From: Malacoraja senta
Taxonomy: Eukaryota
Length of the DNA stretch: 64,000 bases
Reading direction: 5' to 3'
Assembly: GCA_038087875.1 (NCBI GenBank)
Contig: CM075978.1
Coordinates: forward strand, 174,902,001 to 174,966,000
Both the position numbers and the translations under genes were made by a program. The notes under the pieces were generated by a model. The model did not search any database and was not told the DNA's origin. It saw only the letters and a list, made by a program, of their open reading frames with translations. Numbering within the stretch: position 1 is the stretch's first letter; each line of letters begins with the position of its first letter. Positions 36,401 through 49,130 of this stretch are shown here, piece after piece.

Positions 36401-39399
36401 GAAAATCGATACAATGAAAATGCACAGTCGACAATGCGCCTTTCCTGCAGAATATCAATGAACTACCTGGAGGGGTTAGATATTGCGGCAGCTTCACATT
36501 ATCCCCTCTAAACACAGAATATTGTTATTAATTTGAGGTAATTAATTAATATCAACCTATCAGCAGTACTATTAAATTGCATTAAATATGCAATGATTTG
36601 GAACGGCATACCCGCGCATCTTTATTGAAAGGATGCGCACATAACAATTTCCGTCCTGTCTCGTGATCTTATTTCAAATGCATCAAATGACAACAGACAT
36701 CGGTCAGCTTTTATCTTTGATTGCAAGTTTTGTAAGAACCGTGAACTGATTACTTAGTGGACCTTATTACATCCATCCTTTCGAACCCGGATAATCGAAG
36801 AGCAACGTCCTATTCCCCGCTTTTTCTTGATTACTCTCTCCATCACTTTCCTTCGTATGCATCCCTGAAAGCTCGTTTATTTATTAGTTGCTTGCTTTAT
36901 TCCTATGAGCGACAACTTTAATAACCAACATTTTGTTTGAAGCTTTGTCGAATCCTTTTCTCAAAAATCCTTATTGACGTCATCTACATCAATTATTCAT
37001 CAAATTGTCTTGTTACTTCATCAAAAAACCATTTGTCCAATATATAGACACACGGGAATTAATTGTATAATTTGCTCGTTAGACTTTCTCCATTATGTAC
37101 AAAAGTCTCTAATGTACAAGCAATGGTCCTTATTCGGGCATGAAACAGCATGCCCTCATTATATTTACAGAAATTCTGGCGTAGGTTTTCTAATGCAGTT
37201 ATTTAACTTCAATGATGATGCTGGCAGATCATGTAACCATGACGAAATTTTCAAATGTCTCTAATTTAATTACATTGACACCATCTGTTAGATTTGTTTA
37301 ATCATGGGCGGACGCTGCCTACTTTTAGCGAAGAAGTTCATTGGAATTCATTGGAAATTGAATTCTAACAAGTAAAGTAAGTGAACCTGGAATTATGTAA
37401 CGCAATTCATTTGAAAAATGGCAATTATAACCGATCGTGTGAAATCTGCAAGCGAAGGACAAGGTCCCAGCGCAAAAAGTAATTTATGGAGAGCATAAAT
37501 TTCAAGAATAATGGTAAATAAATGAAAAACACGCAGAATTACTTTGTGGAATGTTGCCTTCCCCTGCCTCGACAGGTTTAGAAATCGTGAAACACGAATG
37601 GGCAAATCCCTTGTAAAGTTTAAAGAATCTCACTGGTTGTGAGTGGATTGGTGCAAAGGAGAATAAGTCCAGTCCAAATCTGAAGAAACATTTTGAGGGA
37701 AGAGTAAAACACATGCCGGGCGAAGCTAACGTCATGTGCCAGGAGTATATTTGCATGATAGGTGAGGCCATATGCAGAAAGTGTGACGTTTGCACAAGCG
37801 AACATTCGTTCGTATGCCGAGGTGAATCGTCCTGTTTGACATCTCTAGCTGAAGAAGATTGTAAATCAATCATTTATGATGGAAGAAGCATTTTACATCG
37901 GTTTATTGCTCGTAGGACTTCTATGTCAATGTGTTCCTCTCATTGCTAGCATTTATGTCTTGCTTCTACATTCGTTCACAGGCGGACGGGAGACAATAAC
38001 TTTAGCAAGTGTGTGTTCCTGATACATGAACCGTCCGCGTTAAAACTGAGATTTCTAAAATATAACCTTAATTCATTTAACGGTATTCATGACTCCCCAG
38101 GTGCGGAACCTGCCAGACAAAGCCAGCTCTTCAAATACGATCAATGTTGTTGTCGTAATTGCCTTAGCTAATCAATAAATATTGTCCATGCACTAAGCTA
38201 TGTTCGAAACTCGTTGAGTGGTAAACTAGTAACTCCACAGCAGACGGCTTTGCGAAATCGACAAGGCTGGTTGGGAATCATGGTATTTTGGTGCGCGTGC
38301 TGAAGATGTGCTGAAAGGAGCGCTGTCACTGAAACAGGCTGGCTACTATCCGCTAAATGCCTGTGTTTTGCTTCAATTACGCAAAGGAATGACAGTTGAT
38401 GAGCCTCACGTCAGTGAAAGGGAAGTTATTGAAGATAATAATTCGGGATAGATTTTCTTGGCATTTGGAAGCAAGGATTAATTACCGACGGTCAGCATGT
38501 CCACGGCAAGTCAGACTGATCGAGAAAATTAGGATGCATGGGATTCAGGGTGAATTGGTCCGAGTTGGTCGTCTGGATTCAGAACTGGCTTATTCATAGA
38601 AGACAGAGGGTTCGGATAGAAGGGTGTTATTCTGGATGGAGGTCTGTGACAATTGGAGTTCTACAGAGATCAATGTCTGTGATTTCTATATGAATGACGT
38701 AGATGTAATTGTAAATGAGTTGGTGATTATGTTTGCAGACGACACCAAAATGGGCGAAGTTACGGACAGCCAGGAAGACTGCCAATGTTTTAGATGCACT
38801 CGGACCAACGTGTCAAGGGTGACCAACGATCACTTGTTTACACATTCTATATTATCCCATTTTCTCATACATTCTCTACACATTGCGGACAATTTTATAG
38901 AGACCAATTAATCTATACACCCGTACATCTTTGGAATGTCGGAGGAAACCGCAGCACCGGAACGAAGCCCACGCGATCATTGGGAGAAAGTGCAACCTCC
39001 ATACAAACAGCACCCGAGGTCAGGGTTGAACCAGGGTTTCCAGCGTTATGATGCCGCACCTCTGCCAGCTAATCTACATTGCTGCATTTAACCACGATGC
39101 TCTCTGGATTAGAGGGTAATGGGCATAAGGAGAGGTTGGAACAGAGGTTGTCTCCTCCCGAACGATGGAGGCTGAATGGATTCCGGATGGAAGTACATGT
39201 AATTGTGGCATCATATGTCAGATCCCTTTTCTCATGTTGTAAATGTTAAAGACCAGAGGACGTGGGTTTACGTTGGAGGGGCAACGTTTAAATGAGATAT
39301 GCCGAGCAAGTGCTTAGCACAGAGCGTGGTCGGTGTCTGAAGCGTGCTGCTAGATGTGGTAGTGTAGAAATATACAAAGATACAAAGGTACAATAGTGA

Positions 39400-39990
39400 T
39401 ATTTAAAGTAAAAGTAAAGTAAAGTAAGTTTATTTATATAGCGCCTTTCAATCAGATTACTGAAACCAAAGCGCTTTACAGACAATTAACCATATAAATA
39501 AAAAATAAAAAGGTAGAATAAAAAAGACACGACACACTATTTAGAGATTCAACATGAACATTCCCCCATAGCAGAGTCGACACTCTCCACCGTGAGGGAA
39601 AGGCACCAAAGTGTCCAGTCCTCCTCCTAGTCCACCCGAGATCGGGGCCAGTCTGAGGGCTCCGCAGCCAGTCGCCGCAACGGCAGCCCGATGTTGTAGG
39701 CCCCACCCGCCGGGAAGCTGGAACACCGGCATCGGGTGGAAAGTCCTCAATGGCTTGGAAGTGTCTGGAGGGGCCGCTCCCTCCCCGGAGACTGCGACGC
39801 CCGTAGTCCTCAGGCCGCGCCGGTTGGAGCTTCGACTCTGACTCCGCGGTGTTTTCGACCCAGTGCCGCCCGCCAGTGGCAGGACGCCTTCAGACCGCAG
39901 ACCGCAGCTGCTTGATGTTGGTGGTCGGCGGTCACAGCACTCCGGAGCGGCGACCCGGCAAGGCATCGCCCGCTCCTTGTTGGTGTCCCA
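39400..39990 (-). mobile_element. GC-rich repeat with an L2/SINE-type 3' tail
   Basis: The + strand shows (TAAAG)n then TTTATTTATATAGCGCCTTT...AAAGCGCTTTACA, a typical L2-derived tail, followed by a CpG-rich body. Confidence 0.5.
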
Positions 39991-41591
39991 GCACTGTGCC
40001 GCCGAAGCTGTAAAAATACATGAGGTTGATCTTAATATCTTTATGATGCGTAGGTGCGGTCATTTTCCGAGGGTGGAAAGCGTCAATACTAGAGGGCATA
40101 GCTATAAGCCGAGAGTGGCAAAGTTCCATGGAGATGTGCGGGGCATGTTTTTTTACTGAGAGTATTGAGATCCTGGGACGGATTGCCAGGGATAGTGGTG
40201 CAAGCAGATACGGTAGTGGCGTTTAACTAGCTTGTCGACTGGCGCATGGAAGTGCGGGGACTAGAGGAATATGGATTAAGTACAGGCAGATGAAATCAGT
40301 TTAACTTGGCATCGTGTTGTGCACAAACATTGCGGCCGAATGTATGCCAGTGTTGTACTTGGTATGATTTTTGTTCAGCCTCCGCTACACAAGCGAAAAA
40401 AGGCCCAGCCAATCCAATCTCCACCCTATAACTAAAACCATTCTGATCTGATTATATCCTCGTAATCGCCTTTGTACTGTTTATACCCTTCCACGGCAGG
40501 GTGACAAGAAGTGTACACAATTCAGGATTATTCACGTTTAGTACACTTGTAGTGTGTTTCATGTACTCGATATACCGACTGATGAAGACAAATGTATGCC
40601 TTCTTCGTTACAACTATCTACTTCTGCCGCAACTTCCATGGAACCATATACATGTGCGCCTAGGCTTCTCTGTCCCACAACACCCACCATGGCTTTGCCA
40701 TCTATATTATGTCTGTCCTATTTTGTTTTCCGAAAAATCAACACTGCATTGAACGTAAAGAGTGTAAAGGCGATTTCGAGGATATAAGCAGGTCAGATTG
40801 GTTTCAGTTATAGGGTGGGGGTTGGATTGGATGGGCCTTTTTGCGTTAGTGTAGAGGAGACTGAACATAAAACATACAACAGTACAACACTGGCTTACAT
40901 TCTGCCCGCAATGTTTGTGCACATCACGATGCCAAGTTAAACTGATTTCATGTGCCTGTAAATGATCCATATCCCTCTACTCCCCGCACTTCCATGCGCC
41001 TGTCGAAAAGCTTCTTAAACGCCACTACCGTATCTGCCTCCAACACTGTGCAATTGTCATTCCTCAGCCCATTGGCCGACTTGACCAAGATGCCGTTGTA
41101 ATTTTTGATAAACTACTTCATAGTCCACCAAACCACCATTTATTTGTGCTACCCGCAAACTATCCTTGCATGCACATCCAAATCGTTAGTATAAAAAAAC
41201 AGACAGTGGACCCAACACCGATCCCTGTGGCATACTACTCATCCGAGACCTTTAACCATAGAATCAATCCTCTACCATTAACCATCTGCCTCAAGACAAT
41301 TTCCTATCCAATTCCCCGGATCCAATGCGAACTAACCATTCCGATTTGTTAACCAATACCTTATCAAATTACTCGCTAAAGTCTAAATAGGCATAGCATC
41401 GCAATTCCTGATCAATGTTCATGGTCACCGCTTCAAACCCCTTTCCCAATTTCGTAAGACGCGAATTTCCACGCACAACCAAAATTTGACCCTCCATGAT
41501 CAGTCCATGGCACCCCAAATGCATGCCGACCCTGTCCAATGATTCCTGTTCCTGTGGCCAAATTGCATCGGAAATGTATCGTTATTCTTAC

Positions 41592-41894
41592 CTCGACTGT
41601 AGAAAGTATAACTGATATTGGTTGGATTCGGAAGAGAAATATGAGACACCTGGCAGGTATAAACTGTCCCGCTCTCCACATGGCCTGTCTCGGTCAGGCA
41701 GCTCCAAGCTTCGTACAGTCCTGCTGTTGTCTGCGTTTTGTTTGGATCAATCTTCTGTATAATATCTGACCCATTTTTGTACCAAGTAATATTCAGATCA
41801 AGAGGAAAGAACGTTGCTGTTTTACAAATGAGAATTAGAGCAACTGATGTGTTCACTGGCAGCATGGTGGTCAAGCTCAGAGGAGTTGGGCGGT
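41592..41894 (-). CDS. Gene B C1-set exon (intact)
   Basis: Acceptor ttttccag|, donor GAG|GTAAGA, 303 nt: RPTPLSLTT...LICKTATFFPLDLNITWYKNG...YTCQVSHISL...SYTFYSR; five NxS/T sequons. Confidence 0.92.
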
Positions 41895-44003
41895 CTGGAA
41901 AATAAAACGATTATTAAATTTCACCAGTCCGGTGATTTTCGTGACTTGAATCAAATTTCATTGTAGCCTCGAAAATAATCTTCATTGAACCATATTTTTT
42001 TTCAGCCTAGTTGTATAACTAATGCACTTAAAGCGATTTAAAACTGCTATGTTTGTTCCTTGTGGTATAAACTAACGGCTAATTTCATTCCTTTTAAACC
42101 TTTTTATTGTATGCCCTGATTTTACAGTTTGCGTCTATTATACAACAGTTACCTTACTTCATAAATATCATATCGTTTCTGTTTCTACTCGCAGCGCAAG
42201 TAAATGATGCGTTCTGTTCCATGCACAGACATTAAGAGCCAAAGCATTAACTTGAATTTTCTAAACGTCTTCACGATTTTTATTATAATTTGGTGATATC
42301 ATTGTACAAAATGTAACCCATAATAACAGCTCGACTATCAAAATGTTACAAATATATTCTTTACCGTTGTTGAAATAAATAAATCGTGCAGAAGATTTAT
42401 TCAGCAGTAACTTGAGGTCAAAAATATGTTTGAGTTAGAAGGTCAGAAAAATGTGTGTCCTTGTGTGAAACAATATTGTAAAGTTGGACCAGAGCGTACA
42501 GCTTGCTATTTACAATTCCGTTAAGCACAGAAGAAAGTAATTGCATTACTTCGAGAGCAATTATCCCAGCACCAACACATTCCCTTAAGAATTTGGATGG
42601 TATGTTAAGGCCTCCGACACACTATATCAATGACATTCATTCATGGAAAAGTCACCAACCCTTTCCATTTACAACAGCTCAAACAGTGATCAGCGTCTGC
42701 GTACGCCGCCCAAAATGTAGGCTTGAGATACAAACTACAAGTACATTTGCACCAGTTATAAACAATCCTTTTTCAATATCTATATGATCTTAATGCCATT
42801 TCCATCGCTTGGAAGGTGAGCGGAGAATACACGTTAATGCAACAATGTGTAGGAAGGAACTGTAGATGCTGGGTTAAACCGAAGATAGACACAAAAAGCT
42901 GGAGTAACTCAGCGCGCAGAAGGCATCTCTGGATAAAAGGAAAAGGTGACGTTTCGGGTCGTGACCCTTCTGCAGACTAAATGTAACAATATAGATCTTG
43001 AATTTTGCATTCCTCAATGATTGACTCGATTCACGGCTCCTATATAATTTCAAGTAATCCGGGACAATCAGATGTGTGACCAAACTTATACTACGGTTAA
43101 ACATGGTACCAATTGAGCAAGTGCAAAAGAGGTTCACCAGAATGTTGACTGAAATAGAGGGCCTTTTTATAACGAGACATTTGGTAAACTGCGTTTATTC
43201 TCAATGGAAGGAAGGAAGCAGAGTAGTGACTTAATAAACGTTTTTGTTTTAAATATCGGGGCCACATAGCATAGACGGGGTATTTTCCTCAGAATAGTGG
43301 AATTAAGAACTATGTGGCACGGTTTTTAGGTAAAAGGGGGGAAATGTAAATGAGAAGAGGAAGTTTTGCATACCTGGAACATCTACCACCGGAGAGGGTG
43401 CAGTACAATAATAACATTTAAATTGCGTTAGACCAGTAATTGCGCAGAAGCGGTATAGAGCGATATGGGCCTAATGCAGGCAAACAGCATCAACATACAC
43501 AATTAGCACCGTCGGCAGAGGCGACGTGGGCAGAACGGGCCAGTTGTTGTGTTGTATGATTCTATGATTCTGTAATTCCTTACACTTGTAATTCCTTACA
43601 CTTTAGATAAAAAAAGATGGCAGCTCCAAATAAATCAATTAAAAAAATAATATCCTTGATCAGTACCACATTCGGAACCCTACATATTTTCAATTTCAAC
43701 TACCTGTGCCGTGTGTCGTTGGTTTCAGTAACACCATTCCCTCTGCGTTGAAGCAATTCTCAAATATATGCGAAAGGTTCTATAATTCTGTCAAGCAGAT
43801 GTGGAAGGCGTAATTTACTCTCTCCATCAGTCTATTCGGATTCTTTGGTAATTGCGTCAAAAATTCTATCTAACCAATCACACAAATCATATTATTTCAA
43901 AGGACACAGATGAATAAAGCGCAATTTCTTCAACGTGATTGAGCTTTTCGCTTTGAGTTGGTGAAGTTAACCGATCTGGCTTACCCCTCTCCCCGAAACT
44001 CAC

Positions 44004-44280
44004 CTTAAACTACCAGCTTTGTACCATTCCCGTTTAAAACGTTGGTACGTGTCAAGCTGCAAAAATAGAGCCCAGCGTCCTTCACTGTCACGTCCTCCAG
44101 CCGTAAGACAGCGCTTCCCCCTCTCAGGAAATAAAACTGGATTCGTTTATCTGCACCAATGCACTTTGTACGGCCTGTTGTCTGAGAAGATTGGATAAAT
44201 GCAGTAAAGCACTGCCGAGTCACCCCGCATCAAAACAGCTTCTGGAACTTGTGTTACGGTCAACGGGCCATCGTCACCAG
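44004..44280 (-). pseudogene. Gene B V-set exon, frameshifted, with terminal TAA
   Basis: Frame 1 reads AGDDGPLTVTQVPEAVLMRGDSAVLYC...YKVHWCR-stop. Frame 2 reads GADKRIQF...SAVLRLEDVTVKDAGLYFC...GNGTKLVV-TAA-G|GTGAGT. Length 277 nt (3n+1). Confidence 0.9.
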
Positions 44281-44480
44281 CTGTCGGGAAACGAAAAATG
44301 AAACTATAAGGCTTAGGATTAAACTAATGACCAAATTAATTGAAAATTTTACGTAACGAGAACAAAAATAAAGATAAAGGGTCAGCAAACTTATAAGTTA
44401 ATAATTAAGTTAATTTATAATATTTAAGTTATAAATATTTATAACTAAATTTATAATAATTAAGTTAATTTAAAATATAC

Positions 44481-44532
44481 CTGCGCAGCTGACGTGAAGA
44501 ACAATCAATTGCAGTAAGACACGTGTCATCAT
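44481..44532 (-). CDS. Gene B signal-peptide exon MMTRVLLQLIVLHVSCA
   Basis: 52 nt, phase-1 donor CAG|GTATAT, 200-bp intron to the V exon (195 bp in gene A). Confidence 0.8.
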
Positions 44533-47500
44533 TCACGGCAAAACTGCAGAGAACAGTCGAATGAAACAAGTGTCGAATAAATAGTGAGAGAGGAATACCG
44601 CGAGTATGCTTGGGTTCAGTGGGTGTGCCGGGAAGTGAGTCTGCTCATGCTCATGCCTCTCTGCGCATTGACGCGGATCAAAGGTCAAGTTAGTGGCTGC
44701 TCACACATTTCCGAAAACTTCACAAAGCATTTGCTGAACAACTACAGAAATTCAATGCAGCTAGAAATTGCTGCCATTGCGCTTTAGCCCATGCTCTCTA
44801 TTAAGCAATGTCCTCGTACTGATCGTCCCGAATATGCTGTCCACGGTCGACCTTTGTGAAAATACAGTGACGTGTCGCAGATGCGCCCTGCTTTGATTGC
44901 GCAAATACTTTCCATTCAACACGCCATGATGCTAAGCAAGCTAAGTCATCATGGAGTATCAAGCAAGTACATAGAGCCTTTGTCGAAACAGTTCAGCCAC
45001 CTCCTCCTCCACCCTTTGCCCAGCCTTTGCTACATTTTACTGCGGTATGACATGCAAAGCGCCAGAGGTTCACATTGTTGAGTTCATTGGCGAATTGAAA
45101 GGCGAGCGATTCACATCATGCTCAAAACTGGCAATTAATCGAGGATGTACATAAGAGAGTATTTCTGTCATCCAAACAGACCTCAGATCGGCAAGATTTT
45201 GCACTTCTGCGATGGTCCGCGTACATCCGAGCAGAGGCAGGAGTGGGGTGTCGAGCATAAATTCGCCTGAATGATGGGACCAATTTAACTCCATCCCCAT
45301 TTCTCCGTTGTCACAGGATTTAAAAAAAAGATCGCTTTCGATTCGGTAAAAACGGTAGGAGTCAAAAGAACAAGAAATACAACTGAAGATACACACAAAT
45401 TGCTGGAATAACTCAGCGGGACAGGCAGCATCTCTAGAGAGAAGGAATGGGTGACGTTTCGAGTCGAGACTGAAGAAGGGTCTCGACCTGAAACGTCACC
45501 ATTCCTTCTCTCCAGAGATGTTGCCTAGCCCACTGAGTTACTCCGCATCTTGTGCATACCTTCGATTTAAACTATAATCTGCAGTACTTTTTGACACATT
45601 TTGCCCGCTCCACTGCGAAATCTCCTCAAGGTATGTCTCGTTTGAAGAAGTAAAACTGTCTGAAGAAAGGTCTCGACCTAATGCGTCACCTTTCCCTTCT
45701 CTCCAGAGATGCTGCTTGTCCCGCTGAGTTACGCCGGTTATTTGTATCTATCTTCCGCAAAACTTAAACGTTAGGAACAGGGAATATGCCATCTGAACAC
45801 TCAAGGCTGCCTCGCCATTCAGCAAGTGTTTAATCCAACCTTGCCTCAAATTCTCCTTCTATGCCATTTCCCCATAGCCTTCCATCCTCTGATCTTTCAA
45901 ATTAAATATCGGTAAATCAATTAAATGCTTTCAATAATCGACCTTCATAACTCCATAGGGAAAGGAGATTCAGCTCCTTCCGTTAAAAGCAATTCCGATG
46001 CGACTCGATTTTAAATAGCTGTCCTCTTTTCTTGAAATTAGTATCTTCAATTGAGCAGAGCAGACAGCGCATTTGGTCAGAACAGAGACAACAACTGGGG
46101 CACTGGAGAAAGCAGAACTGTTAGTTTAATTTAGTCACCTTTTTTCTCCAAGGAAATCCTACCGACCCTATCATTCTGCGGCGAAATCCGCCATTCTGCT
46201 GACATGAAATAATACCTCTTCTTCTATGTTCCAAGACTACACTGTAGTCTTCGATTTCCGTGCCTACAGCAGAACCGATCTGCTCTGTATGGTTAATTCT
46301 GAAATCACACTGTCAAATTTACTGAACATTCCCTGCATTTCTGTGGCATGTTTTCCAGCACTTATGCGCTCCAGTCCTATTCGAAATGTCCCCTTTGCCG
46401 TTCTAGCCGTCCCACATTTTCTGCAACTTGAAACTAAACTCCTTTCCCTCTTTGTCATTTTGCTATTGAGAATGAGACCGGAAGCTTTTTTATTTTAATT
46501 TATCTCTCGACTGACGCTGCGAATGTTGAATGCGGACTGTTCCGGTTGTTGAAAGAATACGACCCTGAAAGTTCAGAGCTATAAAAGTTATTTGTAACTC
46601 AGAAGCCGAGGACGGCTGTGTAATTCTAATTCTCAACTTGCCACAATACGAATCGCACAAAAATACGTGTTTTTATGGCGGGATCATCTTGGGTTTTATT
46701 TTTGATTGATTCATAAATTCTTGGAATTTATTCTTACATTTCAACATAAATACTACTACAGAAGATGACAACTGAATTGTTCGGAAAGGGCCGCTTAATC
46801 ACCGTTCGTTTTTGTGTTAACTGATGTCAGGTTGACAGAAGATACAGTTGATTGCAATGGGAGTAAGCAATTTAATAAAAATCAGCAAGTACTTCTGCTT
46901 CTGCCAATCCGTTTTGGAAAATGCATGCTAGTGAGTGCATAATACTCGGGAGAGTGACACGTTTGGCTGCCGTATTTTTCAATTAACTATTCCATGGAAA
47001 CGCATTGCCTCGACATATTGCAGACATATTAAATGATTAAATACCGCGTTTCCTTTTCTTGGATTGCTGTGAGCTTCCGAATCTGTCATTTCCCCTCAGG
47101 TCAGTTAGTCTGATCAAGTTCATTGATTGATGAAACACATTAAACAGTTGGACAAATTCTTCCCTTTAACCACATGCAAATGTTTCAATTGAAACTTGAT
47201 GAAAACGAGTCATTCCTCAATATGCGTGTGTGGTTTTTTCCAATGACATTCACGCCGCAGACAAGAATGAATAAGAAAAAAATTGATAACGCGATCGGAT
47301 CTCCCCATTCATTCATCCCCAATCTCACAACGGGGCTCTCAAATCCTCTTCAGAAGGCATATGGCTTAACTAAACGGAGTAGATATCCTGTGGATAACAG
47401 ATATCATCTGGGTTTTGGAGATAGTGGGAAAGTTAGTCGTACTGTGGTGTCATTTCATAGAGGGGGAAATGACAGGGGAACTGGTACATCATAGGGGGTC

Positions 47501-48329
47501 ACCCACTACGATAGTTGCACATGTCTTTTCCGTATTCACAACGGGCACTACAATTTTACAATGAAATGTGTTATGCTGTACTTTGGAAATAAACTTCCGA
47601 TACATCTTCCGATACATCTTCTTTATACATATCAGCATGCAGACCATCTATGGTATGATTTACAATTTGAAATATTTATGATATTCATATGGCTGCATGA
47701 ATGATTCAAATCTGAACAACGACATTACTTGCGGGGTAATCTCACAGTCGCGAAATCGCATTCGTTAAACGTTTAAACATACTTACCCAACACAACTAAA
47801 GTCGTCCCGGTACCGTTGCCAACTAAAGTGCCCCGGCGGGTAATGGTACAATAATACACTCCTGCATCGTGTAGACTCATTTTGACTATTTTCAGTAAGC
47901 CACTGGATTAAGGAATAATGCCCGAAACCTTTCTCCCGTCGGGGCAATGGATGAAAAAAAGCGATTGTCATCCTGTTTCCACCAATGTATGCTTACGCGG
48001 GGCCCTTCCCGAAAGAAGGGATGAGAGGAGTGAAAATAAGCATGTTGGCCCTTCGGGACTTTCACTACTTAATGAAGTTGAGTTACTTTTTCTGAAGTTT
48101 CACCAGATCGTGAAGGGAAAAAAAACACGACCGATTTAGTAATATTTCACCCCAGAAGGCAAAACGCAGGAGCAGGGCTAATTGCAAATGAAAATAAAGA
48201 CACGGATTAACGAAATCTTGAATAGATGTAGGTTTGTATAAAAGATGTAGGAGTGTATAAAAGATTTATGGACTGTCAAGTACCTGTGAAAATTATCCCC
48301 CAAAAAGGGAAACAGCGAAGTGCGGTGCT

Positions 48330-48830
48330 GGTCAACATATCTGCAGCAAGTGTTCACAGGGCGTGAACCGTTTTTGAAGGTTGGATTGTCAGACGATGAA
48401 GCACGTCACTCCTTCCGTGACTCTAGCGCGGCAATGTGGCGACGTTTTAAGTTGGATTTTCAAGTCTCCATTGGACAAGCTTATGGTAATGGATCAAATA
48501 TGTTAGGAAGGTATAATGGTGTACAAGCAGTTGTACGAGAGCTTAATTCAAACTGCATTTTCTCTAGCCGTGGAAATCATACACTAAACCTTGTGGGTGT
48601 TGACTGCGCCTAGTCATGCAAGGAAGCAGTTACTTACTTTGGAAGATTCAACAAATGTACAAAATGTTCAGCAGCAGTCCACAAAGGTGGGAAATTCCAA
48701 TGCGACATCTTATTGTTTCTCTGCATGGAATGTCCAATACTAGATGGTCTGCACGTATCGACGGTGTTAAACCTATTGTACAACATTTAGATTCTGTAAG
48801 AAAAGCTTTAACTGAGCTTGAACCTCTAAA
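48330..48830 (+). mobile_element. hAT-superfamily transposase fossil (ZMYM1/Tip100-like)
   Basis: GQAYGNGSNMLG...GVQA...NHTLNL, FSSSPQRWEI, SNTRWSARIDGV across two frames with stops. Confidence 0.8.
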
Positions 48831-48831
48831 T

Positions 48832-49130
48832 CAGGGGTCGGCAACCTTGTTCTGCATCGGGGCCAGGACCCATGTCTGTGAGCGGATAGCGTGTCACATC
48901 TATCGCCTTTGTTAATAAATGGAGGTAATAATACAGTCGTAGTTTTGTTTAGAAGGCGCTGTATTTAGTGGAGGGAGAGGGAGCCTGGTCAAAGCCAACC
49001 TCCCTTGCTTCCACGGAGCTTTCATTGCTCCCAGTGACGGAGGGCGAGGCGGGGGATTCTGGGACCAGGAGGGCGGCTGCCTGCTCGGAGTGACGGGCCT
49101 ACCGGCGTCCATGGTGACCATGGTGCTCCA
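48832..49130 (+). mobile_element. hAT/Charlie-type non-autonomous element, left end only; right boundary approximate
   Basis: Begins CAGGGGTCGGCAACC (Charlie-type TIR), preceded by CTCTAAAT, which resembles the NTCTAGAN target. No matching right TIR was found. Confidence 0.55.

Larger units (their letters stand above)
34549..44532 (-). pseudogene. Gene B: paralogous VJ-C1 receptor with Arg-TM and short tail (activating type); V exon disrupted
   Basis: Leader 44481-44532, V 44004-44280, C1 41592-41894, TM 35283-35375, candidate terminal exon 34549-34613. The V exon has a frameshift and an in-frame stop. Confidence 0.8.

Noticed and set aside
37713-37949. Cys-rich 78-aa ORF
   Set aside because: No recognisable spacing pattern or splice support; lies in an intron among old repeats.
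43565-43610. Short perfect tandem duplications (16 bp here; 12 bp near 47595)
   Set aside because: Ordinary slippage events with no wider structure.
5311-44280. Rearranging TCR/Ig locus
   Set aside because: The J-like GxGT is in the same exon as V, and no RSS heptamer/nonamer or separate J segments were seen near either V.
47174-47494. 106-aa ORF upstream of gene B
   Set aside because: No recognisable domain, splice pattern or homolog within the window.
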